64,000 nt of DNA from an uncultured Solibacteraceae bacterium (lineage in GTDB: Bacteria > Acidobacteriota > Terriglobia > 20CM-2-55-15), in contig CAZPBY010000045.1 of assembly GCA_964584785.1 (NCBI GenBank), positions 2,024 through 66,023 of the forward strand, written 5' to 3'. Both the position numbers and the translations under genes were made by a program. Under the pieces are notes generated by a model. It had not been told where the DNA came from. It searched no databases and saw nothing but the letters and a program-made list of their open reading frames with translations. Position 1 is the first letter of the stretch; every line of letters begins with the position of its first letter. Below are positions 43,618 to 52,887 of this stretch, piece by piece.

Positions 43618-45249
43618 TTATCCCTGCGGTTCGATCCTCTTCAGGATTTGATCGGCCGGCTGGTTGGTTTCGTGGGTCTCGGCGCCGGAGGGCCAGACGA
43701 TGTCGATGGAGTCGATGGCCTTGGCGTTGCCCAGTCCGAAATGAACCCGAAGATCGTTTTGCGAGATGTAGCTCCCGCCGCTTCGCACGCTGCTCCATTG
43801 ATCGATGGCTCCCGCCCGAACGTGGATTCGCGCTCCGACAGCGGACCGGTTGCTCTTGCGGCCTTCCAGATCGAAGGTCACCCAGTTTCCCCGTCGTGAT
43901 CGATTGAGAAAGAGTACCGGCGGGCCATCGATCTGCGTGACCAGCACGTCTACTCCGCCATCGTTGTTAATGTCGCCCGCGATCGCTGACCGCGCCGCGA
44001 GACGGCCCGGTTCGCGGACTCCGGCCGGCTGCCCCAGCTCGACGAACCGGTTTCCGACATTCCGGAAGAGCTGCAGCCACTGGCGATAGGTTGTATTGAC
44101 GGGGTGAGCGTCGACGTCGGGATAGATGTGCCCGTTGGCGACGAACAAGTCCTTCAAGCCATCGTTGTCGAAATCTTCGAGGAGTGCGCCCCATTTCAAC
44201 ATCGGGATCGATGGACTGCCTAAGCCGGTTGCGTGAATTTGATCCGTGAACATCATGTTGCCGTCATTACGGAAAAGGTTGCTGACGTCATCGGAGAAAT
44301 TGGTGACGAAGATATCCGAACGCCCGTCATTGTTGTAGTCTCCGACCGCGACGCCCATGGACGCCTGGGCGCGCCCGTCCTCGCTCAACGCAACTCCCGC
44401 CTCGAGTCCGATCTCTTGGAACCGGCCATCGCCAAGGTTTTTGTACAGATAGTTAGCCGTCGAGTCGTTCGCAACGAAGAGATCCGGCCAGCCGTCGGCG
44501 TCGAAGTCTTCAAAGACGGCGGTAAAACTGTAGTGCGGTTCGCGGGCTTCAACTCCGGCCGCTTTGGTGACGTCCGTAAACGTGCCGTCGCCGTTGTTGT
44601 GATACAGAATGTTGCGCCCGCCCTGGAACCCGCCGGGACCACAGAACACCGGAACGCCCTTATAGCTGCAGCCCTGCCCTTTCGCCGATGGCGACGCCGG
44701 ATCGAATTCGATGTAGTTTGTGACGAACAGGTCGAGCCAGCCGTCGCGATCGTAATCGCCGAACGTGGCTCCGGCGCTGTATCCCGTTTTCCCGACGCCG
44801 GTGCGTTCGGTCACATCCACAAACGTGCCATTGCCGGCGTTGTGGTAGAGCGTATTGCGGCCGTAGTTCGTGATGTACAGATCGGTCCAGCCGTCGTTGT
44901 CGTAGTCGGCTGCGACCACCCCGAGGCCCCACCGAAGTTCTCTGACGCCGGCTTTGTCGGTGACATCGACGAACGTGCCGTTGCCCATGTTGCGGTACAG
45001 AGCGTTGCCCGCCGTATCATTCGCCTTTCGCGCGCCATTGACGAGATAGATATCGACGAATCCATCGCGGTCGTAGTCGAGAAATGCCGCGCCGCTGCCG
45101 TTCACGTCGGTGATCGCACTCTTGTCGGCGGAACCGAACACGTTCTGAAATCGAATGCCGGCTTTCGCTGTAATGTCTTCGAAGAGAATCGGTGAGTCCT
45201 GAAGAGGAAGAATGGCGAGCAGGACGGCACAGAAACAGAACCGCATCAT
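43618..45249 (-). CDS. CRTAC1-family protein (FG-GAP/VCBS-like propeller + ASPIC/UnbV)
   Basis: FEDITAKAGIRF; repeated DYDxDG..DL motifs; SNRSAVGARI; SGGSYISQND.RVHFGLG. The start overlaps the upstream TPR stop (ATGA). Confidence 0.9.
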   Translation of the reverse strand: MMRFCFCAVLLAILPLQDSPILFEDITAKAGIRFQNVFGSADKSAITDVNGSGAAFLDYDRDGFVDIYLVNGARKANDTAGNALYRNMGNGTFVDVTDKAGVRELRWGLGVVAADYDNDGWTDLYITNYGRNTLYHNAGNGTFVDVTERTGVGKTGYSAGATFGDYDRDGWLDLFVTNYIEFDPASPSAKGQGCSYKGVPVFCGPGGFQGGRNILYHNNGDGTFTDVTKAAGVEAREPHYSFTAVFEDFDADGWPDLFVANDSTANYLYKNLGDGRFQEIGLEAGVALSEDGRAQASMGVAVGDYNNDGRSDIFVTNFSDDVSNLFRNDGNMMFTDQIHATGLGSPSIPMLKWGALLEDFDNDGLKDLFVANGHIYPDVDAHPVNTTYRQWLQLFRNVGNRFVELGQPAGVREPGRLAARSAIAGDINNDGGVDVLVTQIDGPPVLFLNRSRRGNWVTFDLEGRKSNRSAVGARIHVRAGAIDQWSSVRSGGSYISQNDLRVHFGLGNAKAIDSIDIVWPSGAETHETNQPADQILKRIEPQG

Positions 45250-46328
45250 CGCGGGCGCTTTCGACCGGGCTTTTCGAGCGACTGGAACTCTCGAAGCAGC
45301 GCATCCGCTTTCTCGATGTTTCCCAGTTGACGACACGCCCGAGAGAGCGGATACAGCGCGCGACTGTACTCCGGGACGGAGGCGGGGATTCCGGATAGAG
45401 CCGCAGCCGCTTCGGCGGCGCGTTGCAGTCTCAGCAATGCCAGGCCCCGGACCAGCAGAACGGCCGGGACGTCGGGACTGAGTTTCTGCGCACGGTCGGC
45501 AAACGCCAGAGATTCGGTCGCCCGTCCACGATCGAGTTCGAGATCGGCGAGCGCGACAAGAGCGTCAACGCTTGCTGGATTCAGCTTCAGCGCCTTTTGC
45601 CATTCGCGCTCCGCGGCCTCTCCATCACCCAGACCTCTTTCCGCATGGCCGAGCCACAAGCTTCCTCGAGAATCATCAGGCGCCGACTTGACGAAGCCCA
45701 CAAAAGCATCGCGAGCCGCTTCCATCCGATCGAGGGAGTACCAGGCCTGGCCGAGGCGAAGTTGAATCTCGGGTGTGCGTTTGTCTTCAGTGACGGATAG
45801 CAACAGCTCGGCCGCGGCGGCATATTCCTCGCGTTCCGTCAGCAGCGTTGCGAGTTCCAGAGAGCCGGACGGACTGGAGGATGCGGATTGTCGAAAACGC
45901 GTGAGGTATGGCTGCGCGGAAGGGTAATCGTTCAATTCGAGATACGCCTTGGCAGTCAGGTAATCGAGCGCCGGCAAGTCCCCCATTCCCTTTCGCGCCG
46001 TTTCGATAAAACCCAGCGCGCCACTCGCATTTTTGGACTCGAGTTGAAGGAGTGCGGCGTTTAGCGCGGCTCTTGGATGATTCGGGTCGATGGCCAGCGC
46101 GTGTTCGATGGCGTCCTCGGCCGCGGCCCGGTCGCCGGCGCGTCGCAGAAGATCGGCGAGGTTGTTCCACGCTTCGACATGCCTGGGGTCTTGAGATACG
46201 GCTTTTCGATAGGCCTCGATCGCCTCGGCCGGCTTTCCAGCGGAGCCAAGCCGCACACCTGTTCCATACCACGCGTCGGCCGTTTGGATCAAAAGAAGGA
46301 TGGAAAGCACAAAGCCCGCAACGCTCAA
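45246..46328 (-). CDS. Secreted TPR protein
   Basis: TTG start preceded by GAGG; signal peptide; TPRs (EAIEAYRKAVSQDPRHVEAWNNL). Confidence 0.85.
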   Translation of the reverse strand: MSVAGFVLSILLLIQTADAWYGTGVRLGSAGKPAEAIEAYRKAVSQDPRHVEAWNNLADLLRRAGDRAAAEDAIEHALAIDPNHPRAALNAALLQLESKNASGALGFIETARKGMGDLPALDYLTAKAYLELNDYPSAQPYLTRFRQSASSSPSGSLELATLLTEREEYAAAAELLLSVTEDKRTPEIQLRLGQAWYSLDRMEAARDAFVGFVKSAPDDSRGSLWLGHAERGLGDGEAAEREWQKALKLNPASVDALVALADLELDRGRATESLAFADRAQKLSPDVPAVLLVRGLALLRLQRAAEAAAALSGIPASVPEYSRALYPLSRACRQLGNIEKADALLREFQSLEKPGRKRPR

Positions 46329-46347
46329 GGGAGCCTCACGCGTGCGG

Positions 46348-46356
46348 AGTCTATCA
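46348..46356 (-). promoter_or_regulatory. Candidate extended -10 promoter (TGA-TAGACT) for the TPR-CRTAC1 pair
   Basis: The minus strand reads TGATAGACT about 20 nt upstream of the TTG start. Confidence 0.45.
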
Positions 46357-46365
46357 CAGAGATTT

Positions 46366-46451
46366 CCTCACGAAGCCCGTCGCTTGCGCTGCCATTCTTC
46401 GTGCCCGCGGTACCCAGCAGAACCCGGAGCGCAGCGACGGGCTTGGTGAGG
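46366..46451. repeat. REP-like palindrome, copy 2 (intergenic)
   Basis: CCTCACGAAGCCCGTCGCTTGCGCT...AGAACCCGGAGCGCAGCGACGGGCTTGGTGAGG. Confidence 0.8.
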
Positions 46452-46456
46452 AGACT

Positions 46457-48283
46457 TTACGTTTTCAACACGGGTTTGTGCGTGTGGAGCTGAGCGACGT
46501 CCTGAAACGATTTGCCCACAAACAGAATCTCGGTTTCCCTGAACGGAGGCCCATACAGAACGACACCTTGCGGTGTGCCCACGGGCGCATCCGGTGCCGG
46601 ATCCGTAAACGACGTCACGATGTTCAATCCCGGATAGCCGGCAGAATTCGTATTGCCCGTACCGCCTCCGGCTGGACCGCCACCACCACGGCCGCCGCGT
46701 CCGGCCGCTGGAGGCGCATCGGGCGCGCCTGCACCCGGCGGTGTTCCCGGTGCAGCACCGCGGCCACCACCGCCTCCACGCTGACCGCCGCCGGCCGCCG
46801 AGAAGTACACATCCACTCCGGAAGTTGCCTTGGCGAGATTCATCATCATCATCATTCGAATGCGCTGGCTCTGCAGATAGTCGACGACGTTCATCAGGCG
46901 CGCGGACTTGAAACCGTCGGCGCGGCCGGGATTGGTCATCTTCGCGACACCGCCGCTTCGAACAAGTTCATCGAAGAACGCGCCCTGCTCGTATGTGAAC
47001 CCTTCGACGACCTGGGGCAGGTTGTCGCTGGGAATCGTCAAGGGGATGAGCGTTGCGCCGAGTCCTTTTAGAACGTCGATCAGTTTTTCCGCGCCGGGAT
47101 TCTTCGTTGGACTATCCATTCCGGTAACGCCTATCCGGATTTTCTTCAGGTCGTATCGAGCCGGATTCCAATTGAACGGAATATCGGAAACGCTCATGTC
47201 GCGGCCATCGGGCTTTGCGATGACCGACATCACCATCGCGCAATCCTCGGCGTACCGGCACATCGGGCCGAGACGATCGTATGTCCAGCCGAGCGTCATC
47301 GCGCCGTGGCGGCTGATGCGGCCGAATGTCGGCCGCAGACCTGCGAGCCCATTGGTTCCGGATGGGCTGAGGATCGATCCCTGCGTTTCCGTTCCGATCG
47401 AGAACCCCACGCAGCCGGCCGACGTCGCCGATCCCGGACCCGCGGACGATCCGCTCGCGCTGCCGTAGTTCCAGGGGTTTTTCGTTTGCCCGCCGAACCA
47501 GTTGGCACCCTGCGCCAGTTCACCGGAGACGAGCTTGGCGATCAACACCGCTCCGCTTTCACGAAGCATCTCAACGACGCTCGCGTCGTAATCGAAGACC
47601 TGTTCCTTGTACGCGCCGGAACCCCATGTCGTCTTGTAGCCCTTCACGCTAATGATGTCCTTGCATCCCCAGGGGATTCCGTGCAACGGACTCTTAATCT
47701 TGCCGGCGGCCAGATCCGCATCCGCGGCTTTCGCCTGAGTCATCGCGAGCTCGTCGAGAAACGTCACAGTGTTCAACAGCTGGCCGTTGTAGCGGTGAAG
47801 CCGTTCAAGATACATCTTGGTCAGTTCGACGGATGAAACCTGCTTCGTTCGCAACAACTCGTGAAGATGACGAACCGGCCAGAACGCGACGTCCTCCAGA
47901 TTGCCCGGAACTTTCAGCGCCGGCACTTTACCGAGCGCGAACGGTTGCGGTACGCGGTTCACCACGACGCCGGGCACGATGGCGTTGATATGGAACGGCG
48001 GGGAAACATCGTTCGGGATGTGAAACGATCGCATGGCCTTCGCCCGCGTCAGGTTTTGATTCGCGGTGTTGACCATTTGTTGGCGCTCTTCCTCAGAGAA
48101 TTCCACGCCACCCAGTTTTAATGAAGTCGTGAGCATATCGAGCGTGATCTGCTGTGCTCCGGTTTCCTGCATTTTCCCCCAGAGGATCCCCGGCACCAGC
48201 GTCGCGCCCAGTCCCACGCTCGAGAAATAGGCCATGAATCGTCTTCGGCTTTCCTCAATTCGAATCGGCTTTTTCTTTCTCAT
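46457..48283 (-). CDS. Tat-exported amidase-signature amidase with N-terminal extension
   Basis: SD GGAG; SRRRFM twin-arginine motif; WGCKDI, GSSAG, GTETQGSI; Gly/Pro-rich C-terminal insert. Confidence 0.9.
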   Translation of the reverse strand: MRKKKPIRIEESRRRFMAYFSSVGLGATLVPGILWGKMQETGAQQITLDMLTTSLKLGGVEFSEEERQQMVNTANQNLTRAKAMRSFHIPNDVSPPFHINAIVPGVVVNRVPQPFALGKVPALKVPGNLEDVAFWPVRHLHELLRTKQVSSVELTKMYLERLHRYNGQLLNTVTFLDELAMTQAKAADADLAAGKIKSPLHGIPWGCKDIISVKGYKTTWGSGAYKEQVFDYDASVVEMLRESGAVLIAKLVSGELAQGANWFGGQTKNPWNYGSASGSSAGPGSATSAGCVGFSIGTETQGSILSPSGTNGLAGLRPTFGRISRHGAMTLGWTYDRLGPMCRYAEDCAMVMSVIAKPDGRDMSVSDIPFNWNPARYDLKKIRIGVTGMDSPTKNPGAEKLIDVLKGLGATLIPLTIPSDNLPQVVEGFTYEQGAFFDELVRSGGVAKMTNPGRADGFKSARLMNVVDYLQSQRIRMMMMMNLAKATSGVDVYFSAAGGGQRGGGGGRGAAPGTPPGAGAPDAPPAAGRGGRGGGGPAGGGTGNTNSAGYPGLNIVTSFTDPAPDAPVGTPQGVVLYGPPFRETEILFVGKSFQDVAQLHTHKPVLKT

Positions 48284-48385
48284 CGTTGATGGTCTCCAGC
48301 AACCGTATTTGGAAAACCGGCATTCTATACAAGCTGGACACGAAATGGCAGGTGTAACGGAACCATTCAGGCTTTCCGAATCGGT

Positions 48386-49822
48386 TCAGGAACGCAGAGC
48401 GTAGACGTGGTCGTAACCGGCCGTTAGATTGCGAATCGTCACCGTAATGATGCCATTGCCGTCGCAGGTGTAGACCTCCTCCACAAGCGGAGATGCTTCA
48501 GGGTTTGGCGTTCGAACGCGTATGGGCATCGAACCGCTGCGGAGTTGTCCGTCGAACGGAAACAAAATGTCGTCCCACGGGGCGATATCGCCGGCGGGAC
48601 GATCCGTCTGGTCAATGTCGTCGCACTCGAGGTAGCGAAAGTGACCAATGTTGTGGACGGGACGATAACGCCGGACGGCCTGCGTCGGAATTTCAGAGCC
48701 CTTCGGAAAAAGCGTATCGAAGAACGCCGCCGCGCCGGACTCCGCTTCCCTCCAAACGCCAAAGTTGCGGCTGAACGTACGTTCGATCCGGAGTTCCGCT
48801 CGCAGATCCGCCGCGATGGCCAAGCCGATCGCGGTCGCGGCGTGAGCATAGCTCGACTTTCGAACACGCCGGCCGAACCGTGCTTTGAGAGCGCGAGCAA
48901 CCGGCGGAAACTCACTGCCTCCGCCGACGATGTAAATGCAGCTAAGCGTGTCCACGCCCCCTACTCTCGCGATAACGGCTTCGACCATTTCGAGCGTCCG
49001 TTCGACGGGCTCCGCACAAAGCGAATAGAACTCGTCCACCGATATCGCCGCTTCACTGTCTCCAAGACTGAGCGAGATCTTTCGCGTGTTGGGAGTCAAT
49101 CGCTCCTTCGCAAGCCGGCAGATCTCGAGTAACCGATCCCGATCCGGCAAGTCCGCGCCTCCCGCCATCTCGAGCAACGCGGCATCAAAATCGTCTCCGC
49201 CCAGACGTCCGATGCCGGAACTGGTCAGGACCGAGTGTCCGTCCCCGGCAAGGCGGATCACCGAACAATCGAAAGTGCCGCCGCCGAGGTCATACACCAG
49301 CAGGTTCTCTCGTTTTTTGGTGACGTCTTTTTCACGATAGCGGTGCGCGTACTCGATACCGGCGGCCGAGGGTTCATCGTAAACACCGACGACTCGGAAA
49401 TCCGCAAGCCGGAAGGCCTCGATTGTCAAAAACCTCTGGTTGCTGTTCGAATTTGCAGGAACGCCGATGGCCACTTCGAAGGGAGCCTCCATTGTCGCGT
49501 TGGAGCGCGTCTCGAGCGTGTCGCGAAGGCTTGTTAGAAATTCAGCGATAAGCGTGAATACGGGCACTCCGAAGATCGTGCCGTTTGGAGAGGCGGCCGC
49601 CATCAGGCGTTTGAACGAACGGTGGATTGTCCAGTCCGGCTGATTTGCAACCGCGGCGGCTTCGAATCCATATCGCCGCTCGTTACCGCGTATCGCAACC
49701 AGTGACGGACACCATTCCTGAAAATCACCTTCGTTGTTTTCAAAAGTGACAACGGGATAGTTGCCTCGATCAGCGGTCGCGACGATCGTTCGTGTTGTAC
49801 CCAGGTCAATTCCGAGTCGCAT
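48386..49822 (-). CDS. Atypical Hsp70-family protein (478 aa, no helical lid)
   Basis: GIDLGTT, DEPSAA, YDLGGGTFD and IVGGGSEFP ATPase motifs; short beta-rich C-terminus. Confidence 0.85.
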   Translation of the reverse strand: MRLGIDLGTTRTIVATADRGNYPVVTFENNEGDFQEWCPSLVAIRGNERRYGFEAAAVANQPDWTIHRSFKRLMAAASPNGTIFGVPVFTLIAEFLTSLRDTLETRSNATMEAPFEVAIGVPANSNSNQRFLTIEAFRLADFRVVGVYDEPSAAGIEYAHRYREKDVTKKRENLLVYDLGGGTFDCSVIRLAGDGHSVLTSSGIGRLGGDDFDAALLEMAGGADLPDRDRLLEICRLAKERLTPNTRKISLSLGDSEAAISVDEFYSLCAEPVERTLEMVEAVIARVGGVDTLSCIYIVGGGSEFPPVARALKARFGRRVRKSSYAHAATAIGLAIAADLRAELRIERTFSRNFGVWREAESGAAAFFDTLFPKGSEIPTQAVRRYRPVHNIGHFRYLECDDIDQTDRPAGDIAPWDDILFPFDGQLRSGSMPIRVRTPNPEASPLVEEVYTCDGNGIITVTIRNLTAGYDHVYALRS

Positions 49823-49864
49823 GCAAAAACGGTATCCCGATTTCCGGTCAAATTGGGTCCGAGA

Positions 49865-50004
49865 AATTTAGAAAGTGGACGAAGTTAAATGCGAATCCGA
49901 AAACACAAATTTCGAATTGGACTGCCGCTCCCGGTAGCAAGCTCAGGTTCAATTCAAGATTTGTGATTTCGGATTGGCATTTAACTTCGTCCACTTTCTA
50001 AATT
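49865..50004. repeat. AT-rich long palindrome (55-bp arms, 30-nt loop), MITE/REP-like
   Basis: Arms 49865-49919 and 49950-50004 are complementary with 4 mismatches. Confidence 0.85.
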
Positions 50005-50005
50005 C

Positions 50006-51655
50006 CTATTCCTTCGGTTCCGTAATAGTGACGATTTGTCGGGGATGAGCGGTCTGTGTCTGGACGCGGCCGGAGGGCCAGTGGACTGTCAGGGTGACGT
50101 CGCCGGTCCAGTTGCCGAGACCGAAGTGCGTCCGATAGTCGTTGGACGACAGGTAGCTTCCGCCGGCGGTGACCTCCCGTGTCTGCTTCGTTTTTCCGGC
50201 CGCCAGTTCGATTTTCGCTCCGATACCGTTCACGTTGGATTTGGTGCCGGCGAGCTTTACCGTCAGCCATGAAATCCTGGCAGCGCCTTCGTTATGCAGC
50301 AACGCCGGACTACCGCCGCAATTCGTGACGAGCAGATCGAGGCCGCCATCGTTGTCGAAGTCTCCGATCGCGAGGCCGCGGCTGACTTGAGGTTTCATCA
50401 AAATAGCGCCGTGAGCCGCGGCGTTTTCCTTGAACACGCCGCCGTTGTTTTCGAACAGGAGTTTCCGTTGAGCGTATTGGGCGCCCTGGCGTATCTGCGC
50501 GGCGTTGTCGAGGATGTGGCCGTTCGCCACGAACATGTCAAGGTCGCCGTCGTTATCGAAGTCGAGCAGCCCAACGCCAAATCCCACAAACGGACGCGTG
50601 GCGAGTTGCACGCCGGTCCGAGTGCTGGCATCCTCGAAGATTCCGTTACCCATGTTGCGATACACATCGAGGTATTCGAAATCGAGATTCGTGACCATGA
50701 TGTCCGGCCGGCCATCGCCGTCGATGTCGCCGGAAAATGTGCCCATGCCGGCTTGCGGCTGCCCGTTCTCATCCAGAGCCACACCGCTTTCGAGCGCGAC
50801 TTCCGAAAACGTTCCGTCTTTGTTGTTTCGAAACAGAAAATTCGCGACCGAATCGTTGGCCACGTAAACGTCGGGATAGCCGTCGTCGTTGTAATCGAGG
50901 ACCGTCACGCCCAGACCCTTGCCGGGATGCGAAGCGAGCCCGGCCTTGCTGCTGACGTCCGTAAACGTGCCGTCACCGTTGTTGTGATATAGCAAGTTCG
51001 AAAGACCGTTATAGATCTGCGGTGTGCAGTAACCTCGAATGCCGCGTTCGGACAGAGGGCCGCAGGTTTTGTTGTTGTCGAACGAGTGATCGACGTAACG
51101 CGTCACCCAAAGATCGAGCAGCCCGTCCTTGTCATAATCGAGGAAGACTGCACTCGCACTCCATTGACCATTCCCTGCCACGCCGGCTTTTGCCGTCACA
51201 TTCGAAAACGTGCCGTCGCCGTTGTTTCGGTAAAGAATGTTGGTGCCGTTGAAATTCGTGATGAAGAGATCGTCGTGACCGTCGTTGTCGTAGTCGCCCA
51301 CTGCGGCGCCCATGCCGTACTCCAGGTTCGGCTCGATGCCGGCTTTCGCGGTGACGTCCTCGAAAGTCCCGTCACGGCGATTGTGATACAGAGCGTGATT
51401 GAGATTTCGGTTTCGCGAGGTGCCCGGGACCCAGCCGCCATTGATCAGGAAAATATCGAGGAAGCCGTCGCCGTCGTAGTCGATGAATGCGGCGCCCGAT
51501 CCCATCGTTTCGACCAGGTACTTTTGTGGAGTCGCCGAATTCTCGTGATGAAAGTTGATGCCGGCTTTCGCCGTGACGTCGACGAACGTGACCACCGGAG
51601 GACTTGCCTGCAGCGCGATCCATACGGCAAGACACAACTCTGCCGGCCGTCTCAT
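50006..51655 (-). CDS. CRTAC1-family protein (ASPIC/UnbV)
   Basis: FVDVTAKAGINFHH; DYDGDG/DFDNDG repeats; SNVNGIGAKI; AGGSYLSSND.RTHFGLG. Confidence 0.9.
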   Translation of the reverse strand: MRRPAELCLAVWIALQASPPVVTFVDVTAKAGINFHHENSATPQKYLVETMGSGAAFIDYDGDGFLDIFLINGGWVPGTSRNRNLNHALYHNRRDGTFEDVTAKAGIEPNLEYGMGAAVGDYDNDGHDDLFITNFNGTNILYRNNGDGTFSNVTAKAGVAGNGQWSASAVFLDYDKDGLLDLWVTRYVDHSFDNNKTCGPLSERGIRGYCTPQIYNGLSNLLYHNNGDGTFTDVSSKAGLASHPGKGLGVTVLDYNDDGYPDVYVANDSVANFLFRNNKDGTFSEVALESGVALDENGQPQAGMGTFSGDIDGDGRPDIMVTNLDFEYLDVYRNMGNGIFEDASTRTGVQLATRPFVGFGVGLLDFDNDGDLDMFVANGHILDNAAQIRQGAQYAQRKLLFENNGGVFKENAAAHGAILMKPQVSRGLAIGDFDNDGGLDLLVTNCGGSPALLHNEGAARISWLTVKLAGTKSNVNGIGAKIELAAGKTKQTREVTAGGSYLSSNDYRTHFGLGNWTGDVTLTVHWPSGRVQTQTAHPRQIVTITEPKE

Positions 51656-52863
51656 TCGTTCCGAAGCGGCGGCTTTCGTTTGGGATCCAGCTGAACCGCG
51701 CGGCGCCGGCTCTGCGCGGCTTTCGTCGAATCGCCGGATTTTTCGTAAAGGTCGGCGAGAAATTCATGAAAGTCGGAGACTGTGTCATTCAATGAAATGG
51801 CCGTGCTTACCGCCTCGATGGCGCCGGCTACGCTCGTCCCTTCCAGACAACGCGCCAGAACGAAGTAGTATTCCGGCTCGAACGGATTCAATTCCAGCGC
51901 GTGACGAATCGTGTCCTGAGCGCGCCCGCGATCGTCACTCAAGTATTCCAGTTGCGCGATTCGGTAAAACGCCACATCGAACTGCGGAAGAATCTCGGCG
52001 GCCTCCTTAAATGCCTGGTAGGCGTGAGGAAAATCATCCTTCTGAAGAGAATTCATTCCCTGTTCATACAGGCCCTGGCCCTTTTGCTGCCGCTGTTTCG
52101 TTTCCAGCCCCGCCGCATTCAACTCCTGAAACCGTTTGGTTGCCTCAGCCGCTTCGCCCGACTTCCCGGACTTCCGAAGAGCATCGGCGAGCTGGAAGTA
52201 TGCGTCGGCGTAATCGGGATTCAATTCGAGCGCCTTGCGGAACTGAGTGACGGCGTCGTCGAACTTGCCGAGCTTGATGTTCACTGAACCGATGTTTCTG
52301 TAAATCTCGGGCTTCACGTAACCGAGCGCGAGGGCTCCTTCAAATGACGTCTGAGCCTGGGCGAGCATCGCCGGATTTCGCGAATACAGCAAACCGAGTT
52401 GAAAGTGAGCGTCGGCGAAATCCGGTTTCAGCACGATCGCTTTTTTGAAACGCGCTGCTGCGGCGTCGAATTCGTTGAGACCGAACAGCGCGAGTCCGTG
52501 GATATGTTGCGCGTAGTAATCGTTTGGAAGAGCGGTTACGACCTGTGAAGCTAACGTCCTGGCTTGCGTGTATTTTTCGATGCGGGCGTAGCCGAGTGCG
52601 AGAAACAGTTTTGCGCGGGATGCCGCCGGGTTGGCTTTGACGAACGGTTCGAGCAGTCCGATCGCGCGATCGTTTTGGTTGATTTCGTAGAGTATCGAAA
52701 CGAGCGCAACTACTCGATCCTCGGACTTCGGATTTGCGGCCAGAGCCTTCTGTGCCGCAGCGTACCGATCGAACACCGCAGCCGGGGATGTTTGTGAAAG
52801 CAGCAACGCCAGGAGCACCGCGAGCATGGCAAGAACATACCCCTTCAGACGCTCCCCGCGCAT
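51652..52863 (-). CDS. Secreted TPR protein
   Basis: Signal peptide; TPRs (AAARFKKAIVLKPDFADAHFQLG; AVTQFRKALELNPDYADAYFQLA). Confidence 0.88.
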   Translation of the reverse strand: MRGERLKGYVLAMLAVLLALLLSQTSPAAVFDRYAAAQKALAANPKSEDRVVALVSILYEINQNDRAIGLLEPFVKANPAASRAKLFLALGYARIEKYTQARTLASQVVTALPNDYYAQHIHGLALFGLNEFDAAAARFKKAIVLKPDFADAHFQLGLLYSRNPAMLAQAQTSFEGALALGYVKPEIYRNIGSVNIKLGKFDDAVTQFRKALELNPDYADAYFQLADALRKSGKSGEAAEATKRFQELNAAGLETKQRQQKGQGLYEQGMNSLQKDDFPHAYQAFKEAAEILPQFDVAFYRIAQLEYLSDDRGRAQDTIRHALELNPFEPEYYFVLARCLEGTSVAGAIEAVSTAISLNDTVSDFHEFLADLYEKSGDSTKAAQSRRRAVQLDPKRKPPLRNE

Positions 52864-52887
52864 CGAAATTGATTACAATGCTGGGCA
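52864..52887. promoter_or_regulatory. Candidate bidirectional leaderless promoter
   Basis: 24-bp gap between divergent ATGs; TACAAT (+, 52874-52879) and TGTAAT (-, 52877-52872) each end 8 nt before their ATG. Confidence 0.45.

Noticed and set aside
48386-49822. Housekeeping dnaK
   Set aside because: It is too short (478 aa), lacks the lid and has no dnaJ/grpE/hrcA nearby.
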